Below, piece by piece: positions 1-9,866 of a stretch of 64,000 nt of DNA (position 1 is its first letter; each line of letters starts with the position of its first letter). This stretch comes from an uncultured Oscillospiraceae bacterium (GTDB lineage: Bacteria > Bacillota > Clostridia > Oscillospirales > Oscillospiraceae). The notes under the pieces are model-generated. The model had not been told where the DNA came from and did no database searches. It worked only from the letters and a program-made list of their open reading frames with translations. The stretch is taken from NCBI GenBank assembly GCA_944385075.1, contig CALWVW010000001.1, positions 4,401 to 68,400 on the forward strand, given 5' to 3'. Position numbers and translations under genes: made by a program.

Positions 1-1
1 T

Positions 2-208
2 CTGGACATCCTGCTCCAGGTGATGCAGGTCTTCTACGAGGACCTGGGCGACACCAAGTACCGCCCCTCCCACCTGTTGCGGAAGATGGTCACCGCCGGA
101 TATCTGGGCCGCAAGAGCGGCGCCGGCTTCTACCTCTATGAAAATGGAACGTCCATGGGGGTCAACCCCGTGCTGACCCGGGAGCACAGCCTGGGCCAGA
201 AGGACTAA
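2..208 (+). CDS. hbd: 3-hydroxybutyryl-CoA dehydrogenase, 3' end (partial, runs off left edge)
   Basis: [22 protein letters not shown]...[20 protein letters not shown] is the typical C-terminus of 3-hydroxyacyl-CoA dehydrogenases. Confidence 0.8.
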   Translation: MDILLQVMQVFYEDLGDTKYRPSHLLRKMVTAGYLGRKSGAGFYLYENGTSMGVNPVLTREHSLGQKD

Positions 209-288
209 AGCGGCCGCGGGGCCCCGCAGAAGTTGCGGGGCCCCGCTCCTGTCCGCGCCCGGCGGAAGAGAAAAATTGGAGAGAGCGG

Positions 289-316
289 TTGACAAAACCC
301 GCAGACCTGATATAAT
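289..316 (+). promoter_or_regulatory. sigma-A promoter of metK leader
   Basis: TTGACA (289-294), 16 nt, TATAAT (311-316) with extended TG. Confidence 0.8.
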
Positions 317-336
317 CACATATGTCAATTCAATAG

Positions 337-437
337 CCTTATCAAGAGTGGCGGAGGGAACGGCCCGATGAAGCCCGGCAACCTGCGCGCGGGACGCGCA
401 AGGTGCCAAATCCGGCGGTGTGGATCGAAAGATGAGG
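337..437 (+). ncRNA. SAM-I (S-box) riboswitch
   Basis: CTTATCAAGAG-GGCGGAGGGA-GGCCCGATGAAGCC-GGCAACC...AAGGTGCCAAATCC...GAAAGATGAG, upstream of metK. Confidence 0.95.
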
Positions 438-453
438 ATGTGACCAGTGTATG

Positions 454-484
454 ACGCTCCGCCACTCCCGGCGGAGCGTATTTT
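454..484 (+). terminator. riboswitch expression-platform terminator
   Basis: ACGCTCCGCC/GGCGGAGCGT stem + ATTTT. Confidence 0.75.
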
Positions 485-515
485 CATCCTCCCAGACAAG
501 AAAGGAGCATTTCAA

Positions 516-1697
516 ATGGCAAAGCGTTTGTTTACCTCGGAATCCGTCACAGAGGGACATCCGGACAAGATGTGCGACCAGATCTCCGACGCGGTACTGG
601 ACGCCATTCTGTCCAAAGACCCCCAGGCCAGAGTGGCCTGCGAGACTACGGTGACCACCGGTCTCATCCATGTGATGGGGGAGATCACCACCAGCTGTTA
701 TGTGGATATTCCCAAGGTCGCCCGGCAGGTGGTCAAGGACATCGGCTATGACCGGGCCAAGTTTGGCTTTGACAGTGACACCTGCGCGGTCATCACCTCC
801 ATCGACGAGCAGTCGGGTGACATCGCCATGGGGGTGGACAAGTGCCTGGAGGCCAAGGAGGGCGAGCAGGACGACGGGCTGGACAACGGCGCCGGCGACC
901 AGGGCATGATGTTCGGCTATGCCTGTGACGAGACCCCGGAGCTGATGCCCCTGCCCATCTCCCTGGCCCAGAAGCTGGCCCTGCGGCTGGCCCGGGTGCG
1001 CAAGGACGGGCTGGTGGACTACCTGCGTCCCGACGGCAAGACCCAGGTGACGGTGGAGTACAACGAGGACAACACCCCCAGGCGGGTGGACACGGTGGTG
1101 GTCTCCACTCAGCACGGCCCGGAGGCCACCCTGGAGCAGATCCGGAAGGACATGATCGACCTGGTCATCCGGCCCACCATCCCCGCCCAGCTGATGGACG
1201 ACAGCACCCGGATCTTCGTCAACCCCACCGGCCGGTTCGTCATCGGCGGGCCCCAGGGGGACTCCGGTCTCACCGGGCGAAAGATCATCGTGGACACCTA
1301 CGGCGGGAGCGCCCCCCACGGGGGCGGCGCCTTCTCGGGCAAGGACCCCACCAAGGTGGACCGGTCGGCGGCCTATGCCGCCCGCTGGGTGGCCAAGCAC
1401 GTGGTGGCCGCCGGGCTGGCCAAGCGGTGCCAGGTCCAGCTGGCCTACGCCATCGGGGTGGCCCGGCCGGTGTCGGTCCGGGTGGACACCTTCGGCACCG
1501 GGACCGTGTCCGACGACCGGCTGGAGCAGGCGGTGGAGAAGGTCTTTGACCTGCGGCCCGCGGCCATCATCCGGGATCTGGACCTGCGCCGGCCCATCTA
1601 CCGCCAGCTGGCCGCTTACGGCCACTTCGGCCGGACCGACCTGGACCTGCCCTGGGAGCGGACGGACCGGATCGAGGCGTTGAAGGCGGCCCTGTGA
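516..1697 (+). CDS. metK: S-adenosylmethionine synthetase
   Basis: [28 protein letters not shown] motifs; AAGGAG RBS before ATG 516. Confidence 0.98.
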   Translation: MAKRLFTSESVTEGHPDKMCDQISDAVLDAILSKDPQARVACETTVTTGLIHVMGEITTSCYVDIPKVARQVVKDIGYDRAKFGFDSDTCAVITSIDEQSGDIAMGVDKCLEAKEGEQDDGLDNGAGDQGMMFGYACDETPELMPLPISLAQKLALRLARVRKDGLVDYLRPDGKTQVTVEYNEDNTPRRVDTVVVSTQHGPEATLEQIRKDMIDLVIRPTIPAQLMDDSTRIFVNPTGRFVIGGPQGDSGLTGRKIIVDTYGGSAPHGGGAFSGKDPTKVDRSAAYAARWVAKHVVAAGLAKRCQVQLAYAIGVARPVSVRVDTFGTGTVSDDRLEQAVEKVFDLRPAAIIRDLDLRRPIYRQLAAYGHFGRTDLDLPWERTDRIEALKAAL

Positions 1698-1761
1698 GCC
1701 CTTTCGGCGGAGCAAAACGGGAAGCGATCGCCGGGGAGACCCGGCGGGAGAGGAGCGTACA

Positions 1762-2412
1762 ATGGATCAGCAAGAAATCCTCAGCAGGGTGGACCACACC
1801 CTGCTGACCCCCACGGCCACCTGGGACCAGGTCAGGGCGGCCTGCGACGCGGGCAAGCGGTTTTCCACCGCCTCGGTGTGCATCCCGCCGCGCTTTGTGA
1901 AAAAGGCGGCGGAGTATCTGGGGAACAGTTTGAAGATCTGCACCGTGGTGGGGTTCCCCAACGGCTACTCCACGCCGGAGGTCAAGGTGTTCGAGACGGA
2001 GGACGCCATCCGCAATGGTGCGGATGAAATCGACATGGTCATCAACCTGGGGCTGGCCAAGGCGGGCGACTGGGAGGGCGTGCTGGAGGAGATCAAGGCA
2101 GTCAAATTCTCCTGCAAGGGCCGGATCCTGAAGGTGATCGTCGAGGCCTGCCAGCTGACTCAGGAGGAGAAGGTGGCCGCCTGCCGCATCGTCTCCATGT
2201 CGGGGGCCGACTTCATCAAGACCTCCACCGGCTTCTCCACCGGGGGGGCCACGGTGGAGGATGTGGCCCTGTTCCGGGAGCACATCAGCCCGGACCTGCG
2301 GATCAAGGCCGCCGGCGGCATCCGGACCTTTGAACAGGCCCAGGCCATGCTGGAGGCGGGAGCGGACCGCATCGGGGCCAGCGCCCTGGTGGCCCTGGCC
2401 GAGGGCCGCTGA
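1762..2412 (+). CDS. deoC: deoxyribose-phosphate aldolase
   Basis: DHTLL, TVVGFPNG, GADEIDMVIN, FIKTSTGF, IKAAGGIR. Confidence 0.97.
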   Translation: MDQQEILSRVDHTLLTPTATWDQVRAACDAGKRFSTASVCIPPRFVKKAAEYLGNSLKICTVVGFPNGYSTPEVKVFETEDAIRNGADEIDMVINLGLAKAGDWEGVLEEIKAVKFSCKGRILKVIVEACQLTQEEKVAACRIVSMSGADFIKTSTGFSTGGATVEDVALFREHISPDLRIKAAGGIRTFEQAQAMLEAGADRIGASALVALAEGR

Positions 2413-2423
2413 CACAGACAGAC

Positions 2424-2464
2424 AAAAAAGACCGCCCATCCCTCTGGATGGGCGGTCTTTTTTG
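2424..2464. terminator. bidirectional intrinsic terminator
   Basis: AAAAAAGACCGCCCATCC-ctct-GGATGGGCGGTCTTTTTTT between convergent genes. Confidence 0.9.
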
Positions 2465-2470
2465 ATGGGA

Positions 2471-4027
2471 TCACTCGGTGATGAAGTTCAGGCCGATGCC
2501 GGTGGTATAAGTGTAGCTCTTGATGGCCTGGGCATCCAGGGCGTCGTAGTCGTCCTCCCGGAAGGCGGCGGTGACCGTCTGCCGCCAGATGGGGTCGCCG
2601 CTGGACACATAGTACATGATGTGCCAGCCCTTGACCGAGCTGGTGGTGTTCTGGACGATGCCGGTGTCCCCGGGCTGGCGGCTGGGGTCCAGGGCCCAGT
2701 CCATGAAGTTGGCGTCATAGCCGGAGGTGGAGGAGACGGAGTACAGCCCCTCGTTGCTGGACACGGCGGAGTCGGCGCTGTGCTCCACGGCCAGCTGGGT
2801 GAAGGACTCCTCGGTGGCCTCGCCGTCCTTCCACTGGGCCAACAGCTCCTCGGCCTGGGTGTAGGCGGCGTCGTACTGCTCCTGGGTGGGCTCGTCGGCC
2901 CCCTCGTCCTGCTCGGCGGCCACCAGGATGTGGCGCACGTCGGCGGTCGGGGTGTCGTCCAGCTCCCGGCCCTGGAACAGGACCACATAGAAGTAGACGC
3001 TGGTGCCCGTCTCATACTCGGAGACGGTGGTGTCGCCCGCCACCCGGGCGCTGTCCAGAAGCCAGTCGGCATAGGTGGCGCTGACCAGATTGGCGCCGGT
3101 GCGCTTCTGGTCCAGGGAACTGCTGTACAGCTGGTCGGCGTACGCCTCGGCCAGGGCGGCGGGGTCCTCCCCGGCCTCCAGCCGGCTCTGGAGCTCCTGG
3201 GCCAGGGCGCTCTGCTCGCTCCGGAGCTTCTCCAGGGCGGCGGCCTGCTCCTCCTCGGTCATCTCGACGGTGTTGCCCTCGTCGTCGGTGGTCTCCACCT
3301 GGGCCCGGAAGGTGAACTGGGAGTAGGAGTAGGTGTCCAGCTCGGAGGCGTGCTCTTGGTAGTAGGCGTCATACTCCTCATCGCTGTACTCGATGGCATC
3401 CACCTGGGTGTTGGCGTAGTCGTTGGCCAGCACCTCCCGCTCCACCAGGGACATCAGACGGTCATAGGTCATGTAGTTGCCGTAGCTGGCCCGGATGAAG
3501 TCGGCCTGGTTGCTGTAGCCGTAGCCCAGCCAGACGGTCTCCAGCTGGGAGCGGAAGTCGTCCAGCTCGGTCTGGGCCTCCTCGGACAGGGTGTAGCCTG
3601 CCTGGGTGGCCTGGTCGGCCAGGGCGACGTCGGTCATCAGATTTTTGATGGCCAGACTCGTCAGGTAGTCGTACCAGCTCAGGCCGCTCTCCTCGTCATA
3701 GACCTGGTCCTTGACGGAGGTGGTGGTGTCGAAGGGGTAGGTGCTGTTGGCGCTCAGACCGCGGTTGAGCTCCTCGCTGTAGGCGGCGTTGTAGTAGTAC
3801 TGCAGGTCCACGGAGCTGAATTTGGTGCCCTCGATCTCCACCGCGGTGAGGTTGCGTTGCAGGATCCCGCTGGTCCAGACCATCATGATAATGGCGGCCA
3901 GTACCACCACCACGCCCACCACGGTGTAGATGGCCATGGTGCGGCGGTCGGCCCTCTCCTCCTGGCGGCGCTTCTCCTCGCGCTCGGCTCTGGTCTGAGG
4001 GGTTTTCTTCTCTTGTGGTGTACTCAC
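2471..4027 (-). CDS. membrane-anchored parvulin-type peptidylprolyl isomerase (PrsA/SurA-like foldase)
   Basis: N-terminal TM helix; ADVRHILV, F..LA.EHSADS, GWHIM parvulin motifs; GTG start at 4027 after AGAGGA. Confidence 0.8.
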   Translation of the reverse strand: MSTPQEKKTPQTRAEREEKRRQEERADRRTMAIYTVVGVVVVLAAIIMMVWTSGILQRNLTAVEIEGTKFSSVDLQYYYNAAYSEELNRGLSANSTYPFDTTTSVKDQVYDEESGLSWYDYLTSLAIKNLMTDVALADQATQAGYTLSEEAQTELDDFRSQLETVWLGYGYSNQADFIRASYGNYMTYDRLMSLVEREVLANDYANTQVDAIEYSDEEYDAYYQEHASELDTYSYSQFTFRAQVETTDDEGNTVEMTEEEQAAALEKLRSEQSALAQELQSRLEAGEDPAALAEAYADQLYSSSLDQKRTGANLVSATYADWLLDSARVAGDTTVSEYETGTSVYFYVVLFQGRELDDTPTADVRHILVAAEQDEGADEPTQEQYDAAYTQAEELLAQWKDGEATEESFTQLAVEHSADSAVSSNEGLYSVSSTSGYDANFMDWALDPSRQPGDTGIVQNTTSSVKGWHIMYYVSSGDPIWRQTVTAAFREDDYDALDAQAIKSYTYTTGIGLNFITE

Positions 4028-4210
4028 GGTTGTTTCATTCCTCTCGTTCAAACATACTGGAGGTGCTGTCCGGCCCCGGGGGCCGGGCACGTCCAAAGCA
4101 TTATACTAAAAACTCCCGCCCCTTGCAAGAGGCAGGGGGGGAGAAAAGGGCCGGATTTACAGTTTGTTTATAAAATTTGCCGGAGCGCGGGGGACGCCCG
4201 CCACCGGCGC

Positions 4211-4241
4211 AAAAAAAGATCGCGGCGCGACCGCCGCGATC
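4211..4241 (-). terminator. intrinsic terminator downstream of 6S RNA
   Basis: GATCGCGGCG/CGCCGCGATC stem + T7 on minus strand. Confidence 0.85.
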
Positions 4242-4325
4242 CAGTGACAACAGACGGCCCGCCGCGGAGATACCGCGTAGCCGCTTTGCGGGGCGCTCCT
4301 CTGCCGGAGCTCTCCCCCGTAAATT

Positions 4326-4520
4326 GAGTCCCGCTCTGGCCGTGTGGGCCAATTAAAACCTGCACGACTCGGCAGGTGGGTTGCTTCCACGGCGTTTTTC
4401 TGCTTCCAACGTCCAGCTGACCCGTAGGGGGGCCGGGAGGCCTGCAAGCCGCGCCGTGAGGGGGCATCCCGTTTCAAAAATGTGGGTTTAAATGAACCCA
4501 TCACGCACCGAGCAGGAATA
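4326..4520 (-). ncRNA. ssrS: 6S RNA
   Basis: ~195 nt; 5' CCTGCTCGGTGCGTG pairs with 3' CACGGCCAGAGCGGG; Firmicute 6S hallmarks CCCACCTGC...GCAGGT and ACGGC...GGGAC. Confidence 0.85.
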
Positions 4521-4527
4521 AAAGTGA

Positions 4528-4845
4528 CTACTCCGATTCCTCTTCGTCCTGGAAGAGGCGCTCCATGAACAGGTCGTACACCGTGTCCAGCTCCTCGTCC
4601 GAATCCAGGGTGGACAGGAGCTCCTCGCCGCCCTCCTGGACGACCTTCATGATGACCAGACCGTACTCCTCGTCGTCCACGTCCACATCCCGGGGCTCGC
4701 CGGTCTCCTCATCGGCGGCCACGGCGGGGAACATGGCGTAGTAGGTGACGCCCCCGTGCTCCAGGGTGTCCACCAGTTCCAGCTCGAACTCGTTGCCGTC
4801 CTCGTCAGTGACAGTGATAAAATCGGGGCCGAAGAGATCCTCCAT
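4528..4845 (-). CDS. DUF1292-family acidic protein
   Basis: ITVTDEDGNEFELELVDTLE...LSTLDSDEELDTVY; GGAGG RBS. Confidence 0.85.
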   Translation of the reverse strand: MEDLFGPDFITVTDEDGNEFELELVDTLEHGGVTYYAMFPAVAADEETGEPRDVDVDDEEYGLVIMKVVQEGGEELLSTLDSDEELDTVYDLFMERLFQDEEESE

Positions 4846-4973
4846 GGGGGCCACCTCCTGTTCCGGATTACAGGTCTATTTTACCCCGGCGGTGGGAAAA
4901 ATGCAAGAGGGCGGGACAGGTAAATTTTCACCCGGCCGCGCCGGGCCACCGGAGGGGAGGGCGTTTTCATGGG

Positions 4974-5001
4974 TGGACAAATCAGGAAAATCTGGTATAA
5001 T
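4974..5001 (+). promoter_or_regulatory. sigma-A promoter for PBP gene
   Basis: TGGACA-16 nt-TATAAT with extended TG. Confidence 0.6.
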
Positions 5002-5158
5002 ACATAGTATTTCCCGCTGTGCGCACCGGTGCGCGGGGCGGGGACGGCCCAAAAGGAAAGCGGGATCCCCCGTTTTGACCGGGGGGACGGGCGGTGCCCC
5101 GCTCCCCCCGCTTGACCACGGGGACAGGCATCTCCTGTCCCCGGCTGGAGGTAACAAC

Positions 5159-7864
5159 GTGTCTGATCAAAACAAGTATTCCGATTCTCTCTATCACGAC
5201 AGCCAGTATCCCCCCCGCCGGCAGGCCTCCGGGAGCTCTGGGAGCTCCGGGGGACAGCGCCGGCGCTCCAGCCGCCGCAGGCCGCGGCGGAACGTGGGCC
5301 GCACTGTGTGGCAGGTGCTGGGCACCCTGCTCCTGGTGGGGCTGTGCACCGGGGCGATCCTGTGTTGCTTTGCCGCGGTCTACATCAACCGGGTCATCGT
5401 GCCCTTGGCGGACCTGAGCCTGGACGACTTCACCTACGGCGAGAACAGCGTCATGTACTACCAGGACAAGACCACCGGGGAGTATGTGGAGATGACCACC
5501 CTGCTCAGCGTCACCGACTCGGTGTGGGTGGATCTGGAGGATATGCCGGAGGACCTGATCGACGCCGCCGTGGCCATCGAGGACAAGCGCTTCTGGACCC
5601 ACTCCGGGGTGGACTGGGGCCGGACGGCCCGGGCGGTGCTCAGTATGTTCACCGGCGGGGACATCCAGGGCGGCTCCACCATCACCCAGCAATTGCTGAA
5701 GAACCTGACCGAGTACGACGAGGTGACCGTCAAGCGGAAGGTCACAGAGATCGTCCGGGCCCTGCGGTTCACCCAGAACAACTCCAAAGAGGACACCATC
5801 GAGATGTACCTGAACATCATCCCCCTGGGCGCCGGCTGTGAGGGCGTGGGGGCGGCGGCGGAGAAGTACTTCGGTAAGCCGGTGTCCGACCTGACCCTGG
5901 CCGAGTGCGCCAGTCTGGTGGCCATCACCAACAACCCCTCCCGCTATGGGCCCTACACCTTCGCCCGGTCGGAGACCAGCACCGGAGAGGTCTGGGACTC
6001 CCGGCAGTGGAACAAGTACCGGCAGGAGCTGATCCTGTCCGAGATGCTGGACCAGGGGAAGATCACCCAGGAGGAGTACGATGAGGCTGTGGCCCAGGAG
6101 CTGGTCTTCGTGGGTCTCAACAGCGACGGCACCGCCGGCTCTGTTACAGAGGAGGACATCTACACCTGGTACGAGGAGACCGTCATCTCGGACGTGCGGG
6201 ACGCCCTCCGGACGGAGTTCGGCTGGTCGGACAGCCGGGTGGACCAGGCCCTGCAGAACGGCGGCCTGCGGGTCTATACCTGCTTTGACCCGAAGGTCCA
6301 GGCGGCGGTGGACGAGATCTACACCAACCGGGAGAACCTGAACTACACCGCCAGCGACGGCCAGCTGATGCAGTCGGCCATCACGGTCATCGACAACTCC
6401 ACCGGCGACGTGGTGGCCATCGCCGGCCAGTTCGGCAAGAAGGAGGGCAACCTCCTGAGCAACTACGCCAACGACTCCAAGCGGCAACCCGGCTCCTCCA
6501 TCAAGCCGCTGTCGGTGTACTCGGCGGCCATCGACATGGGCAAGATCTCCCCCATCTCCGTGCTGGACGACTACCCCTATCAGGTGCTGGACGGGAGTCC
6601 GTGGCCCATCAACTCGGGGGCGGCCAGCTACCGGGGCAAGACCACCGTGGCCAACGCCCTGATGCGGTCGGTGAACACCATCGCCGTGCGCATCGTGGCC
6701 GACCTGGTCACCCCGGAGGAGAGCTTCAACTTTGTCCAGGACCGGTACCACATCGACCTGGAGGAGGGCCGGGACGTGAACGGCCAGTTCAAGAGCGACG
6801 TGACCGTGGCCTCCATGGCCCTGGGCGGCCTGACCGACGGCGTCACCACCCGGGACATGGCCGAGGCCTACGCCACCTTCCCCAACAACGGGACCTACAC
6901 CACCTCCCGCACCTTCACCAAGGTGACCCAGATGGTGGACGGGGAGGAGGTGGTCCTTCTGGAGAACGAGCGCCAGCAGGAGCAGGCCATCAAGGAGACC
7001 ACCGCCTACTATATGAATACCATGCTCCAGACGGTGCTCCACTCCGGCGGCACCGCCGCGGGCGCCGACATCTCCGGGATGCACGCCGCCGGTAAAACGG
7101 GCACCACCACCGACAACCGGGACCGGTGGTTCGTGGGCTATACCCCCTACTACACCGCCGCCGTCTGGACCGGCTATGCCAACCCCGTCCGGATGTCCGG
7201 AGCCAACCGGGCCCAGGGCCTCTGGAACAAGGTGATGACCCTGATCCACGAGGATCTGCCGGACCAGGACTTTGCCACCCCCGACGGCCTGCGCCGGGTG
7301 ACCTACTGTCTGGACACGGGGCTGTTGGCCACCGAGTACTGCGCCATGGACCCCCGGGGCAACCGGACGGCCACCGGCTATGTCTTCGCGGAGGACTACC
7401 CCGAGGGGCAGGTGTGTACCGCCCACACGGCGGAGAACCTGCTGACCATCTGTGTGGACTGCCCCGTCTGGAACGAGGACGGCACCCACAACGGCCTGTA
7501 CTATCAGGCCACCCCCAACTGTCCGGAGGCCAGCCTGCGGCAGTACTGCTACCCCAACTATGACCGCACGCCCGTGGGGGGCGCCCGGGCGGGGGACGAG
7601 GTGTACCGCTATGTGCACGCCTCCTCCTATGGCCCGTGCACCGTCCACAGCGGGCAGGTCGTCCCGGAGCCCGGGACCGACGACCCGGTGATCGGCCCGG
7701 ACGACCCCAACGGAGGGGGCACCGGCCCCACGGACCCGGTGGATCCGGGTGATCCGGTGGACCCCGGCGACCCGGTGGACCCGGGCACCTCCGGCGGCAA
7801 CAGCAGTAGTAGCGGAAGCGGGAGCGGGAGCAACCCGCCCGCCTCCCAGGATATCCCCCACTAG
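5159..7864 (+). CDS. class A penicillin-binding protein (transglycosylase/transpeptidase, PBP1A-like)
   Basis: EDKRFWTHSGVD, GGSTITQQLLKN, RQPGSSIKP (SxxK), SVN, GKTGTT; GTG start after GGAGG. Confidence 0.95.
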   Translation: MSDQNKYSDSLYHDSQYPPRRQASGSSGSSGGQRRRSSRRRPRRNVGRTVWQVLGTLLLVGLCTGAILCCFAAVYINRVIVPLADLSLDDFTYGENSVMYYQDKTTGEYVEMTTLLSVTDSVWVDLEDMPEDLIDAAVAIEDKRFWTHSGVDWGRTARAVLSMFTGGDIQGGSTITQQLLKNLTEYDEVTVKRKVTEIVRALRFTQNNSKEDTIEMYLNIIPLGAGCEGVGAAAEKYFGKPVSDLTLAECASLVAITNNPSRYGPYTFARSETSTGEVWDSRQWNKYRQELILSEMLDQGKITQEEYDEAVAQELVFVGLNSDGTAGSVTEEDIYTWYEETVISDVRDALRTEFGWSDSRVDQALQNGGLRVYTCFDPKVQAAVDEIYTNRENLNYTASDGQLMQSAITVIDNSTGDVVAIAGQFGKKEGNLLSNYANDSKRQPGSSIKPLSVYSAAIDMGKISPISVLDDYPYQVLDGSPWPINSGAASYRGKTTVANALMRSVNTIAVRIVADLVTPEESFNFVQDRYHIDLEEGRDVNGQFKSDVTVASMALGGLTDGVTTRDMAEAYATFPNNGTYTTSRTFTKVTQMVDGEEVVLLENERQQEQAIKETTAYYMNTMLQTVLHSGGTAAGADISGMHAAGKTGTTTDNRDRWFVGYTPYYTAAVWTGYANPVRMSGANRAQGLWNKVMTLIHEDLPDQDFATPDGLRRVTYCLDTGLLATEYCAMDPRGNRTATGYVFAEDYPEGQVCTAHTAENLLTICVDCPVWNEDGTHNGLYYQATPNCPEASLRQYCYPNYDRTPVGGARAGDEVYRYVHASSYGPCTVHSGQVVPEPGTDDPVIGPDDPNGGGTGPTDPVDPGDPVDPGDPVDPGTSGGNSSSSGSGSGSNPPASQDIPH
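7733..7786 (+). repeat. three 18-bp coding repeats (DPVDPG x3) in PBP tail
   Basis: GACCCGGTGGATCCGGGT / GATCCGGTGGACCCCGGC / GACCCGGTGGACCCGGGC. Confidence 0.85.
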
Positions 7865-8094
7865 GGGGCGGAAGCCCGCCCGATCCACCCACCGGCGTCG
7901 CGGACCAGCCGTCCGTGGCGCCGGTTGTTGTTTCCACGGTGAAAATGACGAAGAACGGCGGGGCGGAGGGGGGAAAACTTGCACAATTTCCCAGAGGGTT
8001 TCCCGTTGCATCGGGGCGGGAGTTGTGCTACAATAGACCACGACCCGCAAACAAATGACCATATGACGCGGACAAAATGAGACAGGAGGTCAAC

Positions 8095-8535
8095 ATGAGC
8101 GGCCCGGAGAAATATTTTATTGTGGAGGCAAGCGCCATGCCGGAGGTGTTCCGGAAGGTGGCGGAGGCCAAGCGCCTGTTGGAGACGGGGGAGGAAAAGA
8201 CCGTCAATGGCGCGGCGCAGGCGGTGAATCTCAGCCGGAGCGCCTTTTATAAATACCGGGACGCGGTGCGCCCCTTCAACGATATGCTCCACGGGCGGAT
8301 CGTCACCTTTCAGGCCATGCTCCGGGACGAGCCGGGCATCCTGTCCAAGGCGCTCAACGTCCTGGCGGGCACGGGGGTGAACATCCTGACCATCAACCAG
8401 AACATCCCCACCAACGGGTGCGCGGTGGTCACCATGACGGCGGAGACCTCCGCCCTGCGGGACTCGCTGGAGGATGTGCTCAGCCACCTGTCCGAGAGCG
8501 AGGGCGTCATCAAATGTGAGATCCTGGCGGGGTAG
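8095..8535 (+). CDS. ACT-domain transcription regulator (UPF0735, PheB/ThrR family)
   Basis: MPEVFRKV.EAKRLL, LSRSAFYKYRD, NILTINQNIP; precedes hom. Confidence 0.9.
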   Translation: MSGPEKYFIVEASAMPEVFRKVAEAKRLLETGEEKTVNGAAQAVNLSRSAFYKYRDAVRPFNDMLHGRIVTFQAMLRDEPGILSKALNVLAGTGVNILTINQNIPTNGCAVVTMTAETSALRDSLEDVLSHLSESEGVIKCEILAG

Positions 8536-8561
8536 TGTCAGGTCGGGAAGGAGAGACAACA

Positions 8562-9773
8562 ATGGTAAAAATCGCGATTCTGGGGTTCGGCACGGTGGGC
8601 TCCGGCGTGGCCGAGGTGCTGACCGAGAACGGCGGGCTGATCGACCGCCGGGTGGACGACCTGGTGCGGCTGAAATATATCCTGGACGTGCGGGACTTCC
8701 CCGACAGCCCCTACCGGGACTGCTTTGTGAAGGACTTCTCCGTCATCGAGCAGGACCCGGAGGTGGACATCGTGGTGGAGACCATCGGCGGGGCCACCGT
8801 GGCCCTGGACTTCACCACCCGGGCCCTGAAGGCGGGCAAGAGCGTGGTCACCTCCAACAAGGAGCTGGTGGCCACCCACGGCTACGAGCTGTTGAAGCTG
8901 GCCCGGGAGCACGGCTGTAGCTACCTCTTCGAGGCCAGCGTGGGCGGCGGCATCCCCATCCTGCGCCCCCTGACCTCCTGCCTGGCGGCCAACCAGCTGG
9001 AGGAAATCACCGGCATCCTCAACGGTACCACCAACTATATCCTGACCCGGATGATCCGGGCCGGTCTGACCTTTGAGCAGGCCCTGCAGGAGGCCCAGGA
9101 GAAGGGCTACGCCGAAAAGGACCCCACCGCCGACGTGGACGGGCACGACGCCTGCCGCAAGATCTGCATCCTGTCCGCCCTGTCCTTCGGGCGGCAGATC
9201 TACCCCGAGCAGGTGCCCACCCAGGGCATCCGGGGGGTCGCCCTGGAGGATGTGGCCTACGCGGGGTCCGCCGATTACAAGATCAAGCTTCTGGGCCGGG
9301 CCATCCGCCGCCCGGAGGGGAAGGTGTGCGCCTTTGTGGCCCCTCACCTGGTGCCCGGGGACAACCCCCTGGCCGGGGTGGAGGACGTGTTCAACGCCAT
9401 CGCCGTCCGGGGCAACGCCATCGGGGACGTGATGTTCTATGGCCGGGGGGCGGGCAAACTGCCCACCGCCTCCGCCGTGGTGGCCGACGTCATCGATATC
9501 GCCAAGGACCTGAAGCGGGACCACCGCAACGACTGGGAGGAGGGGGCCCCCGACCTGGTGGTCTCCCCCGACGTGTTGACCTCCCAGTGGTATGTGCGGG
9601 CGGAGGCCACGGCGGAGCAGGCCCGCGCCGCCTGCGGCGAGATCCACCTGCTGGCCCGGAGCGGCGCTCCGGCGGGGGAGGTCGCCTTCCTCACCGGCCC
9701 CATGACTGAGCCCCAGCTACGAAAACGGCTGGAGGGGCTGGAGGTCCGCTCCCTGTTCCGGGTGCTGGCCTGA
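8562..9773 (+). CDS. hom: homoserine dehydrogenase
   Basis: ILGFGTVGSG, FEASVGGGIP, GILNGTTNYIL, GYAEKDPTADVDG. Confidence 0.97.
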   Translation: MVKIAILGFGTVGSGVAEVLTENGGLIDRRVDDLVRLKYILDVRDFPDSPYRDCFVKDFSVIEQDPEVDIVVETIGGATVALDFTTRALKAGKSVVTSNKELVATHGYELLKLAREHGCSYLFEASVGGGIPILRPLTSCLAANQLEEITGILNGTTNYILTRMIRAGLTFEQALQEAQEKGYAEKDPTADVDGHDACRKICILSALSFGRQIYPEQVPTQGIRGVALEDVAYAGSADYKIKLLGRAIRRPEGKVCAFVAPHLVPGDNPLAGVEDVFNAIAVRGNAIGDVMFYGRGAGKLPTASAVVADVIDIAKDLKRDHRNDWEEGAPDLVVSPDVLTSQWYVRAEATAEQARAACGEIHLLARSGAPAGEVAFLTGPMTEPQLRKRLEGLEVRSLFRVLA

Positions 9774-9866
9774 CTCTGACCGGGGCACCGGCATAGAATG
9801 GTGGGGAAGCGGGACGACCGCCCCCCACCTTTTGATTGAACTTGACCTTTAGGGGGAACGACATAC

